Position numbers and translations under genes: made by a program. A stretch of DNA of 64,000 nucleotides from Macrostomum lignano (lineage: Eukaryota): contig NIVC01000718.1 of NCBI GenBank assembly GCA_002269645.1, forward strand, positions 1-64,000, written 5' to 3'. Shown in pieces: positions 13,531 through 27,800 of this stretch. The notes under the pieces are model-generated. The model was not told the DNA's origin. It was given only the letters and a program-made list of their open reading frames with translations, and did not search any database. Position 1 is the first letter of the stretch; every line of letters starts with the position of its first letter.

Positions 13531-16500
13531 ACTGAGATTGGCGCCCCTAAGCTACTGAATTTGGCGCTCCTAAGCTACTTTAATCGGCACCCCTAATCTT
13601 CTTAAATCGGCGCCCCTACCCTAAGCTACTGACATTGGCGCCCCTAACCCTAAGCTACTGACATTGGCGCCCCTAAGCTACTGAGATTGGCGCTCCTAAG
13701 CTACTGAGATTTCTGAGATTGGTGCCCCTAAGCTGCTTAGATTGCTGAGATTGGCGCCCCTAAGCTACTGAGATTGGCGCCCCTAAGCTACTGAGATTGC
13801 TGAGATTGGCGCCTCTAAACTACTGAGATTGGCGCCCCTAAGCAACTGAGATTTCTGAGATTGGTGCCCCTAAGCTGCTTAGATTGCTGAGATTGGCGCC
13901 CCTAAGCTACTGAGATTGGCGCCCCTAAGCTACTGAGATTGGTGCCCCTAAGCTACTGAGATTGGCGCCCCTAAGCTACTGAGATTGCTGAGATTGGCGC
14001 CCCTAAGCTACTGAGATTGGCGCCCCTAAGCTACTGAGATTGCTGAGATTGGCGCCTCTAAACTACTGAGATTGGCGCCCCTAAGCAACTGAGATTTCTG
14101 AGATTGGTGCCCCTAAGCTGCTTAGATTGCTGAGATTGGCGCCCCTAAGCTACTGAGATTGGCGCCCCTAAGCTACTGAGATTGGTGCCCCTAAGCTACT
14201 GAGATTGGCGCCCCTAAGCTACTGAGATTGCTGAGATTGGCGCCCCTAAGCTACTGAGATTGCTGAGATTGGCGCCCCTAAGCTACTGAGATTGGCGCCC
14301 CTAAGCTACTGAGATTGGCGCCCCTAAGCTACTGAGATTGCTGAGATTGGCGCCCCTAAGCTACTGAGATTGCTGAGATTGGCGCCCCTAAGCTACTGAG
14401 ATTTCTGAAACTGGCACCCCTAAGCTACTTAGATTGACGTCCCTAGGCTCCTGAGATTGACGCTCCTAAGCTACTGAGATTTCTGAGATTGGCGCCCCTA
14501 AGCTACTTAGATTGACGCTCCTAAGCTACTGAGATTTCTGAGATTGGCGCCCCTAAGCTACTGAGATTTCTGAGATTGGCGCCCCTAAGCTACTGAGATT
14601 TCTGAGATTGGCGCCCCTAAGCTACTGAGATTGGCGCCCCTAAGCTACTGAGATTTCTGAGATTGGCGACCCTAAGCTACTTAGATTGACGTCCCTAGGC
14701 TCCTGAGATTGACGCTCCTAAGCTACTGAGATTTCTGAGATTGGCGCCCCTAAGCTACTTAGATTGACGCCCCTAGGCTCCTGAGATTGACGCTCCTAAG
14801 CTACTGAGATTTCTGAGATTGGCGCCCCTAAGCTACTGAGATTTCTGAGATTGGCGCCCCTAAGCTACTGAGATTTCTGAGATTGGCGCCCCTAAGCTAC
14901 TGAGATTGGCGCCCCTAAGCTACTGAGATTTCTGAGATTGGCGCCCCTAAGCTGCTTAGATTGACGCCCCTAGGCTACTGAGATTGGCGCCCCTAAGCTA
15001 CTGAGATTTCTGAGATTGGCGCCCCTAAGCTACTGAGATTTCTGAGATTGGCGCCCCTAAGCTACTGAGATTGGCGCCCCTAAGCTACTGAGATTTCTGA
15101 GATTGGCGCCCCTAAGCTGCTTAGATTGACGCCCCTAGGCTACTGAGATTGGCGCCCATAAGCTAGTGAGATTTGCGCCCCTAAGCTACTGAGTTTGGCG
15201 CTCCTAAGCTACTTTAATCGGCACCCCTAATCTTCTTAAATCGGCGCCCCTAACCCTAAGCTACTGACATTGGCGCCCCTAAGCTACTGAGATTGGCGCT
15301 CCTAAGCTACTGAGATTTCTGAGATTGGTGCCCCTAAGCTGCTTAGATTGCTGAGATTGGCGCCCCTAAGCTACTGAGATTGGCGCCCCTAAGCTACTGA
15401 GATTGGCGCCCCTAAGCTACTGAGATTGGCGCCCCTAAGCTACTGAGATTTCTGAGATTGGCGCCCCTAAGCTACTTAGATTGACGCCCCTAGGCTCCTG
15501 AGATTGACGCTCCTAAGCTACTGAGATTTCTGAGATTGGCGCCCCTAAGCTACTGAGATTTCTGAGATTGGCGCCCCTAAGCTACTGAGATTTCTGAGAT
15601 TGGCGCCCCTAAGCTACTGAGATTGGCGCCCCTAAGCTACTGAGATTTCTGAGATTGGCGCCCCTAAGCTGCTTAGATTGACGCCCCTAGGCTACTGAGA
15701 TTGGCGCCCCTAAGCTACTGAGATTTCTGAGATTGGCGCCCCTAAGCTACTGAGATTTCTGAGATTGGCGCCCCTAAGCTACTGAGATTGGCGCCCCTAA
15801 GCTACTGAGATTTCTGAGATTGGCGCCCCTAAGCTGCTTAGATTGACGCCCCTAGGCTACTGAGATTGGCGCCCATAAGCTAGTGAGATTTGCGCCCCTA
15901 AGCTACTGAGTTTGGCGCTCCTAAGCTACTTTAATCGGCACCCCTAATCTTCTTAAATCGGCGCCCCTAACCCTAAGCTACTGACATTGGCGCCCCTAAG
16001 CTACTGAGATTGGCGCTCCTAAGCTACTGAGATTTCTGAGATTGGTGCCCCTAAGCTGCTTAGATTGCTGAGATTGGCGCCCCTAAGCTACTGAGATTGG
16101 CGCCCCTAAGCTACTGAGATTGGCGCCCCTAAGCTACTGAGATTGCTGAGATTGGCGCCTCTAAACTACTGAGATTGGCGCCCCTAAGCAACTGAGATTT
16201 CTGAGATTGGTGCCCCTAAGCTGCTTAGATTGCTGAGATTGGCGCCCCTAAGCTACTGAGATTGGCGCCCCTAAGCTACTGAGATTGGTGCCCCTAAGCT
16301 ACTGAGATTGGCGCCCCTAAGCTACTGAGATTGCTGAGATTGGCGCCCCTAAGCTACTGAGATTGCTGAGATTGGTGCCCCTAAGCTACTGAGATTGGTG
16401 CCTCTAAGCTACTGAGATTGCTGAGATTGGCGCCCCTAAGCTACTGAGATTTCTGAAACTGGCACCCCTAAGCTACTGAGATTGGCGCTCCTAAGCTACT

Positions 16501-16790
16501 GAGATTAGCGCTCCTAAGCTACTGAGATTGGCACCCCTAAGCTACTGAGATTGACGCCCCTAAGCTACTGAGATTTCTGAGATTGGCGCCCCTAAGCTAC
16601 TTAGATTGACGTCCCTAGGCTCCTGAGATTGACGCTCCTAAGCTACTGAGATTTCTGAGATTGGCGCCCCTAAGCTACTGAGATTTCTGAGATTGGCGCC
16701 CCTAAGCTGCTTAGATTGACGCCCCTAGGCTACTGAGATTGGCGCCCATAAGCTAGTGAGATTGGCGCCCCTAAGCTACTGAGATTGGCG
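13531..16790. repeat. 3.26-kb satellite array, 24-bp base unit (ctaagctactgagattggcgcccc) with higher-order blocks
   Basis: The marker variant actttaatcggcacccctaatcttcttaaatcgg occurs at 13577, 15211 and 15928 (last two 717 bp apart). The gcctctaaact variant occurs at ~13810, ~14054 and ~16156. Confidence 0.97.
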
Positions 16791-17205
16791 TTCTGTTATT
16801 CGGCATTCATAAACAATCATTATTACAGAATGAAATTGTACATTTTAGATACTAAGCTAATGTAAGCAGCTGTCAAAATATAATGATGACGTATTGAGTA
16901 GCTTGGTTGTCTATAATAAATATGGCCTTTTTTGATAGAAAGGTTGATAATTATTTATGATGGGTGATTTCGAGGTCCGTGGGAAACAGATGTGCTGGAT
17001 ACTATGTATGCTAATTATATCCTTGTCTAATAGGCTTTTTTACGTATAAATATACAAATATATCGATCACTATTTTCTTTTTTGCTTTTTTCAGTTTTTC
17101 GCTAGTTGCTAAGCCAAGCAAAAAATGGTTGGTTACGTATAAAAATATGCAATCAAAAATAAGGTGAGCAATCCTTTAGCCATGCATCTAGTTCTGCATC
17201 TGGAT

Positions 17206-17690
17206 CACGGCGCCAAGTCACTCCATCACGGCGCCAAGTCACTCCATCACGGCGCCAAGTCACTCCATCACGGCGCCAAGTCACTCACTAACGGCGCCAA
17301 GTCACTCCATCACGGCGCCAAGTCATTCACTCACAGCGACAGGTCTCTCCCTCATGGCGCCCGGTTTCTCCCTCACGACGCCAAGTCTCTATCTCACGGC
17401 GCCAAGTCTCTATCTCACGGCGCCAAGTCTCTATCTCACGGCGCCAAGTCTCTATCTCACGGCGCCAAGTCTCTATCTCACGGCGCCAAGTCTCTATCTC
17501 ACGGCGCCAAGTCTCTATCTCACGGCGCCAAGTCTCTATCTCACGGCGCCAAGTCACTCGCTCACAGTTCCAACTCACCCACGGTTCTAATTTACTCACG
17601 GCGCCAACTTACTCACGGCGCCAACTTACTCACGGCGCCAACTTACTCACGGCGCCAACTTACTCACGGCGCCAACTTACCAACAGCGCC
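17206..17690. repeat. GGCGCC minisatellite: 21-bp units (cacggcgccaagtctctatct) then 17-bp units (cacggcgccaacttact)
   Basis: Direct inspection. Confidence 0.92.
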
Positions 17691-19001
17691 AACTCAGTCT
17701 CTGACTAATCCCATTTGTCCTCATAACTCCCCTTGTCGCTTTATGTGACGGAGAAGATTCAGTTGAAGATCGCCAATCGGCAATCGCCTTTATTACTGTA
17801 AAGATTGCTACTAGGCTTTATAGTGCTTCCCTTCACCCAAGTCCGTCTAAAATGGGTTTCTTAAAGCCGAACTGAACTGACAATAAAATTGATAGAGAAT
17901 ACAACTCACGGCTGGGCTCTTAGCAACCATGAAGGCATCGTTTATGGGCTTTTTTCAGGTTCGTCTTGGGCTTAGCCTTGGCAACAAAAATACCCTTATC
18001 TGCCTCGTTGCATCGCTCAGAAGCTTTGGGAAGGCAACAAAAGCGGACCTACGAGCGTAACTTGGGGTGTTTTTTTGATAAGTTGAAAGTTTTCCCAAAT
18101 TTTTATTTATAACCCTGCACGCATGTCATCATTTTTGTTTTGACAGATGTGTTGGGGGTTTCATCCGCGATATTGATTGATCCGTTATTTATACCTCTTA
18201 TCGGTGGGATTGTTTGCTCAAGAGACTTAAGAAGCGTTTTGACAGCTTTTTAGAGATCGATTTTTATTGGTTTAAAAAGATTTGGAATAAAAACTGGGTC
18301 CAATTTTGGCAATTTGCCATTTAGAACCAATGACGCACTTCAAGCGACTTACTACAGAATTAAAAATGTTCTCTAGTGGTTTTCATTTAATATAATTAGT
18401 AAAAACAGGCTCCATGATTAAATTACACGACCTTCAATGTCTAATTTGCATTTTCGATTTAGTCACAACGCCGCCAGTTCACGCGCACACATCTGGGGAC
18501 ACATTAGTTTAGCGTAGTAGTAGTCAATATAATTGATCTGAAGTGGGGGCGCCAACATCACCCCCGATATCACCCACCCCACCCCCCCCCCTGCCCCAAC
18601 CCATTCCCCTCACGAGGCCAAAGCTCAATACAGGCCAGAAGGATGGGCTGGGGTAGAAAAGAGCTTTCGCACAACGTGCAGGCCCCCGCCCCCTCAACCC
18701 CACCCACCCCCCCGATCCAGCCAACCCCGCCTAATCGAGAACGCGATGGGGGCCCATTTAGGAAATGGCCGGTCCTTCCTACCTTTCCTTTTCTCTATCC
18801 ACTCCTCCAACTAAACTAGACTTTGACTGCCCTCGAAATCTAAAATAACTTTTATAAGCGCACCGATACGATCCCACATAAGAGGAAAAGAGAGGACCAG
18901 ACAAGAGAGAAGACTTGGCCACGATTCCCACTTTAGAGCGAGCACCTTTCCCCCTTGTATACAGAACCAGGCATTAAATTACTTAAAACATTTTTTAACT
19001 C

Positions 19002-22000
19002 ATGGATCGTCAACAGCAACAGCTCAACCTGTTGGTCTACGACCCTCAGTCCAATGCAACTCCTAACAATAAAAGCAAGTCAACAGCAGCAGCAGCCGAC
19101 GAACAAGCCATGACAATAGCCGGTACAAACGACAATGCAGCGGATTGCGAGAATGCAGCCGATGCTGCTTCAAACTCCAATTCCATGCCAGGCAGGCAGC
19201 GCAAACGCCGCAGTCTATTTGGAACGGCTAAATTGTCGCCAACCTCGAAAGCTGCTAAACAGCAGCGCAAATCAACTGTAACTGGCCGGCACAAAGATGG
19301 CGCCAGTTCTAGGCGAGCCTGCCTGACCGAAATCATCTTTGAGGATGTACAGAAAGCTAAAGAGTTGTTCGGATTTCGGCAGAAATCCACCGTTACAGCA
19401 GCTGGAGCAACAGAAACGACGACAAATGCTGCCGCGACTGCTACTGTGACGGAACCAACTTTGCAGAGCCATCCGGTTGTCACCCGGCTGATGCAGCAGC
19501 AGCAGATGGAAGCAGAACCCGATGACAGCAGCAATGTCCGATCGAGAACTACCACTAGTAGAAGAGTATTTGCACCAATCGCGTTAACTGAAGACGATTT
19601 TGATGAGCACAAATCTGCCGTTCGTGAGTTCGAAGATTTTTTATATTCTTGTTTTTATACTTTACAATTCAGTTCAAGGGTCGGCAAGGACTGTGTGGCC
19701 TGCGAAGCCTCTATCCTGCCCTCGGGTCCTTTGGAACTTTACACTACTAGCTCTCTGGCCCGCTCACTGCGCTCAGGCCAGGTTCGTGTCATCTTTCCTC
19801 TGTCCTCTCTCCGCCCCCACTTCTCAACTTCTTTCTCTTTCGTTTCTCCTCTCCCGTCTCCTCTCTCTCTCTCTCTCTCCTCCACTCTCCTCCCCTCTCC
19901 TCCCCTCTCCTCCCCTCTCTCTCCTCTCTTCTCCAATCTCCACCCCCTCCTGTCTTCTCTCCCCTCCTCTCGCCGCTCTCTCTTCTGTTCTTCTCCCTCC
20001 TCTCCTCTCTCCCCTCTTCTCTCTCCTCTCTTCTCCATCCCCCATCCTGTCTTCTCTCCCCTCCTCTCTCTTCTCTTCTCTTCTCCCTTTCTTCTCTCCC
20101 TTCCTCTCTTTTCCTTCTCCCTCTCCTTCTCTTCCCTCTCCTCTCTCTTCTCCCTTTCTTCTCACTCTCTTCTCTCCCCTCTCTTCTCCCTCCCCTCTTC
20201 TCCCTCTCCCTCTCTTCTCTCCCCTCCTCTCTTCTCCCTCTCCTCTCTTATCATCTCTCATCTAGGAAATCTAGGAAATTCTCCCTATTCCAGTGTCGTG
20301 TCAAATTTCTTAGAAAGAAAAATAGTTTAAACTTGAATGGTTCCAGTTGTGGGTGTTTCTTGATTGAATGCAACAGATGACCAGGTGGTCCAGCAATGCA
20401 ATTCATATTTATTTATTAGTTCTTACTTACTATCACATTCTTGGCATTCTTAGTCTTTGGACTTTGGCTTTTTATCTTCATTCTCTATGGATATATTCCC
20501 TTTGACTATAGCTGAAAGGTCCAGATTCTTTTCTTCATCTTCATCGCCACGTCACGTCATTGCGCCACACAGCACAGGGCCAAAAAGAAATGGGACACCT
20601 GGATATGCTTCATCAAGTTTTAGTCCAGTATTCCCACTGTCCACTCTCTCGGGTCAAAATTTATTTTATTGTTCTACTTAAGCTTAAGATTGCGTTGTCG
20701 TTTTGTTTGACTTTCAATAAAATCTCCGACAAATATTCTCATCGCTTAAGCTCAGATCCTGACTAAGTCTATAACCCTAGATAAAACTTTTATCATAACA
20801 TTAAGAATTCATTTTCTCCATCATAGGCGTTTTCTCTCTTTGTTAAATATTCGAAACGCTGCTGCACCCACTAAAACCGAACTTATTTCAACGAACGATT
20901 GGTGAAACTTAGCGAAAATTTGTCGAAGACCCCCTGTTGCGCGCATCGGCGCTTAACAATTCCGAGTTTGGATGAGGGGATGGAAGGGCAGATGAAGCCC
21001 CCGCGATGTTAGGCTTGATTGCGCAATCACTAAATTAACAACTTGGTCTGTTCAGACCTATGGGTAGGACAGCCAAAAGCAAATGCTGTCGTTACGACCA
21101 TAAGTGTCATTTAAGGTTTAATAGCATCTATACTAATGATAATATCTATATGAAACTCTATAAATATATTCTAGACAAAATAATCTTTCATTTAAAATAT
21201 TGGTTTAGTATATTCTATTATTAGATTTCATTTTATAAGTAAAAATAACCTGTCATGTTACGACCATGCTTATATGGAATGAGCCCATTCCGATTGAAGT
21301 GTTGCTTTTGAATTTTAGCGCCCTGTTTAACCATCAGTGAGGAGAGTTTGGCGCCCTGTCTGTTTAACCATCAGTGAGGAGAGTTTAGCGCCCTGCCTGT
21401 TTAACCATCAGTGAGGAGAGTTTAGCGCCCTGCCTGTTTAACCATCAGTGAGGAGAGTTTAGCGCCCTGTCTGTTTAACCATCAGTGAGGAGAGTTTAGC
21501 GCCCTGCCTGTTTAACCATCAGTGAGGAGAGTTTAGCGCCCTGTCTGTTTAACCATCAGTGAGGAGAGTTTAGCGCCCTGCCTGTTTAACCATCAGTGAG
21601 GAGAGTTTAGCGCCCTGGCCCCTGTCTGTTTAACCATCAGTGAGGAGAGTTTGGCGCCCTGTCTGTTTAACCATCAGTGAGGAGAGTTTGGCGCCCTGTC
21701 TGTTTAACCATCAGTGAGGAGAGTTTAGCGCCCTGTCTGTTTAACCATTAGTGAGGAGAGTTTGGCGCCCTGCCTGTTTAACCATCAGTGAGAAGAGTTT
21801 ACCATCAGTGAGAAGAGTTTAGAAGAGAAGAGTTTTGCCCTGCCTGTTTAACCATCAGTGAGGAGAGTTTAGCGCCCTGCCTGTTTAACCAATGTAAATA
21901 CAATACTATCATCCTATCCAAATGAAGCATCCTGTCAATGTCTGTCTGTCTGTTGCCAACATTGCTATTTTTCTCACAATCATTATATAAGGCTTATTCA

Positions 22001-24744
22001 AAACAATATGTGCTCATGTATGCTACACAATGCCTTCATTTGGTTGTTGATTACGTAATCGATTGTCCCTAAAAAGTTGGCTATTATTATTAGTTCAAAG
22101 GCAGAACACGTTTCAATTCAGACACTTGAATTTAAGAGAAAACCTAAAGAGCCTGTCAAAAGAATAAGCTTACGACCTACTACTTCTGAAGAAAGAGTTT
22201 TCCTATGACCTGTGGTATTTATCTATCTCCAACGTGTCCCTCTCCACCCTCTCTCTTCTGTCTCCCTCTCTCTCCTGTCTCCCTCTGTCTTCTGTCTCCC
22301 TCTCTCCCCTGTCTCCCTCTGTCTTCTGTCTCCCTCTCTCCCCTGTCTCCCTCTCTCCCCTGTCTCCCTCTCTCTTCTGTCTCCCTCTCTCCCCTGTCTC
22401 CCTCTGTCTTCTGTCTCCCTCTCTCCCCTGTCTCCCTCTGTCTTCTGTCTCCCTCTCTCCCCTGTCTCCCTCTCTCTTCTGTCTCCCTCTCTCCCCTGTC
22501 TCCCTCTCTCTTCTGTATCCATCTCTACCCTGTCTCCCTCTGTCTTCTGTCTCCCTCTCTCCCCTGTCTCCCTCTGTCTTCTGTCTCCCTCTCTCCCCTG
22601 TCTCCCTCTCTCTTCTGTCTCCCTCTCTCCCCTGTCTCCCTCTCTCTTCTGTCTCCCTCTCTCCCCTGTTTCCCTCTCTCCCCTGTCTCCCTCTCTCTTC
22701 TGTCTCCATCTCTCCCCTGTCTCCCTCTCTCTTCTGTATCCATCTCTACCCTGTCTCCCTCTCTCTTCTGTCTCCCTCTCTCCCCGAGTCCCCTGTCTCC
22801 CTCTGTCTTCTGTCTCCCTCTCTCCCCTGTCTCCCTCTGTCTTCTGTATCCATCTCTACCCTGTCTCCCTCTGTCTTCTGTCTCCCTCTCTCCCCTGTCT
22901 CCCTCTGTCTTCTGTCTCCCTCTCTCCCCTGTCTCCCTCTGTCTTCTGTCTCCCTCTCTCCCCTGTCTCCCTCTGTCTTCTGTCTCCCTCTCTCCCCTGT
23001 CTCCCTCTCTCTTCTGTCTCCCTTTCTCCCCTGTCTCCCTCTGTCTTCTGTCTCCCTCTCTTCCCTGTCTCCCTCTCTCCCCTGTCTCCCTCTCTCTTCT
23101 GTCTCCCTCTCTCTTCTGTCTCCATCTCTACCCTCTCTCCCTCTCTCTCCCCTGTCTCCCTCTCTCCCCTGTCTCCCTCTCTCCCCTGTCTCCCTCTGTC
23201 TTCTGTCTCCCTCTCTCCCCTGTCTCCCTCTGTCTTCTGTCTCCCTCTCTCCCCTGTCTCCCTCTGTCTTCTGTCTCCCTCTCTCCCCTGTCTCCCTCTC
23301 TCTTCTGTCTCCCTTTCTCCCCTGTCTCCCTCTGTCTTCTGTCTCCCTCTCTCCCCTGTCTCCCTCTCTCTTCTGTCTCCCTCTCTCCCCTGTCTCCCTC
23401 TCTCTTCTGTCTCCATCTCTACCCTCTCTCCCTCTCTCTCCCCTGTCTCCCTCTCTCCCCTGTCTCCCTCTCTCCCCTGTCTCCCTCTCTCTTCTGTCTC
23501 CCTCTCTCTTCTGTCTCCCTCTCTCTTCTGTATCCACCTCTCTTCTGTCTCCATCTCTACCCTGTCTCCCTCTCTACCCTGTCTCCCTCTCTTCTGTCTC
23601 CATCTCTACCCTGTCTCCCTCTCTACCCTGTCTCCCTCTCTACCCTGTCTCCCTCTCTCCCCTGTCTACCTCTCTCGCCTGTCTCCCTCTCTTCCCTGTC
23701 TCCCTCTCCTCTCTCCTCTCTCTCCCTCTCTGCATCTCTGACTCTACATTTCTAATAATAGTGTCTGTTGCGTTGTCAATAACTGTCAAAGCAAGCTATG
23801 GTAAACTATAAAATTTATTTTACCATGCTTTTTAACCCTTGCAGCGACAGCAGCGGCAATGGTCACTCTGCCTCGACGTCGTTCTCACCGACACCGGCGT
23901 GCCAGCTCCGACCTCGTCTCCGACGCTCGATTGTCAGCTTCAAGCGTCGCAGTTGATGCTGCCGCCGCCTCAGACCTGCTGCTGACGGCCGGTCACCAGC
24001 TCAATCAGTCATCAATCAATCATGCCAGCAGTTTAGAAGAATCTTCTTTCCATTCGCAGCAGCAGCAGCAGCAACTGTTGTCGCAAGCTCCGTCTTCTGT
24101 TCGCTCTCTTCCGTTGCAGCAGCAGCAGCAACAGCAGCAACAACATTCTCCAGCTCATCAAAGGCGAGTGGCGAGATTCTGGGAATTGAAACGACTGCTG
24201 GCCGAATTGACTAAGCGTAAAGCTGAAAAATGCCGTCAGCTGGCTGCGCTCGAGGCTAAAGAGAAGGTAAATAGTCAGTTAAACCTTGACTATTGCGCTC
24301 TTATTAATATCATTCTAGCTCTGCGAATTTTACTTTCGATACATATCGGTGCTAGGCTTTAGTTGTGACGGGGGGTCTGTGTCATTGACTGTATAAGCTT
24401 TTTGTCTGACTGTTTAATTGTTATCTTGCTACGTCGCTATCTCCCCTCAAACTCTCCTGTCTCCTCTCTACCTCTCTTATCGCCTCTCTATCTCTCGTAT
24501 CTCCCTCTCTTCCTCTCCTATCGCCTCTCTATCTCTCGTATCTCCTCTTCCTCTCCTATCTCCTCTCTATCTCTCCTATCTATCTCTCTTCCTCTCCTAT
24601 CTACTTCTCCTTTCTCCCCTCTACCTCTCCTATCTCCCTCTACTTCTCCTATCTCTCTACCTTCTCTACATCTCCGATATTCCGGTACCCTTCCTATCTA
24701 TTCCTATCTACCTTGCTTCAAAGCTTCATCTTTATTCCCCCCCC

Positions 24745-24819
<75 letters not shown>

Positions 24820-27800
24820 GCTACAATTTCCCTTTTGAAACGAATTTAAAACGCAACTTACGAGTAAATAAGTCAATATGCACTTGGAGCTTGACTATTT
24901 TGCAAACAATTTCAGTTTAAACATTTAAGCAGACAGGGTTGGGTTTTATTCTCCATCTTTAGTTTTGTCTAGCCCATGATGCATTGCATTCTCGTGGAGT
25001 AATCCGAGACAACTGATCATGATGAAGGGGTTGGTAGGGTATTTCGATTACGGCACGGCTGGGCGAGCTCCTCCTGCCCTGCTTGCTTGGCTGGCTGGCT
25101 GACAAGAGCCTGAAGGCATTGAACACGATTTTCGAAGGATTATTACGTAATACAAGCCTACAGACCGCAGGGGGGGAGGGTTGATGGGCCCGTGATGAGG
25201 GCTTAGCTTGGGTTGGGCCATAGACATGCCATACCCACTGCAATGCCACCAAGTTGGATACAGCCTAGAGATATACGAGTATATATTGTGTGTGTGTGTC
25301 TACCTATATTTTATATGCGTGTTGGAATGTCTATTGACTGAGTCTGCTAGGCCATTTGTGTCATCTGCTATCCCAACCTACTTTTTCATTCACTATGCTC
25401 TTTCCTGCCTTACATCTTACCTGCTCTTCCTATCATCTCCCATCTCTCATCCGTCTCTACTTGACTCTCCTCCCTCTCCCCTCTCCCTCTCCCCTCTCCC
25501 TCTAGCCTCTCCCTCTAGCCTCTCCCTCTAGCCTCTCCCTCTAGCCTCTCCCTCTAGCCTCTCCCTCTAGCCTCTCCCTCTAGCCTCTCCCTCTACCCTC
25601 TCCCTCTACCCTCTCCCTCTAGCCTCTCCCTCTAGCCTCTCCCTCTAGCCTCTCCCTCTAGCCTCTCCCTCTAGCCTCTCCCTCTAGCCTCTCCCTCTAG
25701 CCTCTCCCTCTACCCTCTCCCTCTACCCTCTCCCTCTAGCCTCTCCCTCTAGCCTCTCCCTCTAGCCTCTCCCTCTAGCCTCTCCCTCTAGCCTCTCCCT
25801 CTACCCTCTCCCTCTACCCTCTCCCTCTAGCCTCTCCCTCTAGCCTCTCCCTCTAGCCTCTCCTTCTAGCCTCTCCCTCTAGCCTCTCCCTCTAGCCTCT
25901 CCCTCTAGCCTCTCCCTCTAGCCTCTCCCTCTACCCTCTCCCTCTAGCCTCTCCCTCTACCCTCTCCCTCTAGCCTCTCCCTCTAGCCTCTCCCTCTAGC
26001 CTCTCCCTCTACCCTCTCTCCCTCTACCCTCTCTCCCTCTCCCTTTTCTCTCTCCTCCCTCTTTCTCCCCTCTCCCTGATCCTCTAGCCTCTCTCTCTAC
26101 CTTCTCTTTCACCTCTCCTTCCCTGAGCCACTCTCTCTCCCCTCCCCCTATTCCTTCTCCCTCTACCCTCTCCCTCTCCTCTCCTTTATCCCCTCTCCTC
26201 TTTCCGCATGCTCCCTCTCCTCCCCTCTCCCTCTAGCCTCTCCCTCTACCCTCTCCCTCTACCCTCTCCCTCTACCCTCTCCCTCTACCCTCTCCCTCTA
26301 GCCTCTCCCTCTAGCCTCTCCCTCTAGCCTCTCCCTCTACCCTCTCTCCCTCTCCCTTTTCTCTCTCCTCCCTCTTTCTCCCCTCTCCCTGATCCTCTAG
26401 CCTCTCTCTCTACCTTCTCTTTCACCTCTCCTCCCCTGAGCCACTCTCTCTCCCCTCCCCCTATTCCTTCTCCCTCTACCCTCTCCCTCTCCTCTCCTTT
26501 ATCCCCTCTCCTCTTTCCGCATCCTCCCTCTCCTCCCCTCTCCCTCTAGCATCTCCCCCCTAGCACATCAATCGCCCTAGCATCAGACAAATTGTCCAGC
26601 TCTTCCTGCCTACCTATGAGTAATAAATCAATCCCCCATGCAAAGCGAAACAATAAAGCCAACGATGCGTTAAGATTGATTGATCAAAAGCCTGACTAAG
26701 CTATCTCATGCCATTTTCAAACCCAATTCGGGATAAACCAACAATGACATTGGGAGATTGCCATTAACTACTGTTGCTGGGGCGTTGAGGCCGACCGGAA
26801 CCTGGGCGTGTATTAATCTAGTTGCCATGGCAATTAGTAGCCAAGTTTTATCGTATTTTGTAGCTAAGTTTTGTATCATACATATCGCCTAATAAGCGAG
26901 AGATGCCACAATCAATTTATCAGATTCAGAACTTTCAAACTAACCTTAACTTAAATTAATCATTAATCTTACCGCCTCTCCGTTGCAGAGTCTATCTGGC
27001 GAGTTCTGTCCCAGGTCAGACAGTCAGCATCATACTGACCATAGTGGCAGCAGTTCTCTGCCGCGCAATCAGCCAAATCTGCATCAGCCGCCCCAGCATC
27101 ACCAGCAGCCTCATCATCAGTCGACGGTCGGGTCAGCTTCTGGCCAGCTTTGCTTCCCAACGCAATATCTTGTCGCGGTGGAAGAGGAGACTGTACATTC
27201 TGAGGTAATTGTTGAAGATTGTGAAGATTTGGGAGATTGTAAAAATTGGGGAGATTGTGAAGATTTGGGAGATTGTGAAGATTTGGGAGATTGTGAAGAT
27301 TGAGGAGATTGTGAATATTGGGGAGATTGTGAATATTGGGGAGATTGTGAAGATTTGGGAGATTGTGAAAATTGGGGAGATTGTGAAGATTTGGGAGATT
27401 GTGAAGATTTGGGAGATTGTGAAGATTGAGGAGATTGTGAATATTGGGGAGATTGTGAATATTGGGGAGATTGTGAAGATTTGGGAGATTGTGAAAATTG
27501 GGGAGATTGTGAAGATTTGGGAGATTGTGAAGATTTGGGAGATTGTGAAGATTGAGGAGATTGTGAATATTGGGGAGATTGTGAATATTGGGGAGATTGT
27601 GAAGATTTGGGAGATTGTGAAAATTGGGGAGATTGTGAAGATTTGGGAGATTGTGAATATTGGGGAGATTGTGAATATTGGGGAGATTGTGAAGATTTGG
27701 GAGATTGGGGAGATTGTGAAGATTTTGGAGAGTGTGAAAATTGGGGAGATTGTGAAGATTGGGGAGATTGTTAAGATTGAGGAGATTGTGAGAATTGGGG

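Noticed and set aside
19624-20330. C-terminal half of the 442-aa ORF 19002..20330
   Set aside because: A GTGAGT donor at 19624 splices in phase to 23845; the remainder runs into the CT tract.
21316-21891. 37-bp repeat of CRISPR-like length
   Set aside because: Units are head-to-tail with no unique spacers, there are no cas genes, and it lies in a spliceosomal intron.
22203-23811. ~500-aa Leu/Ser/Pro and Arg/Glu/Gly ORFs
   Set aside because: Translations of the CT minisatellite inside intron 1.
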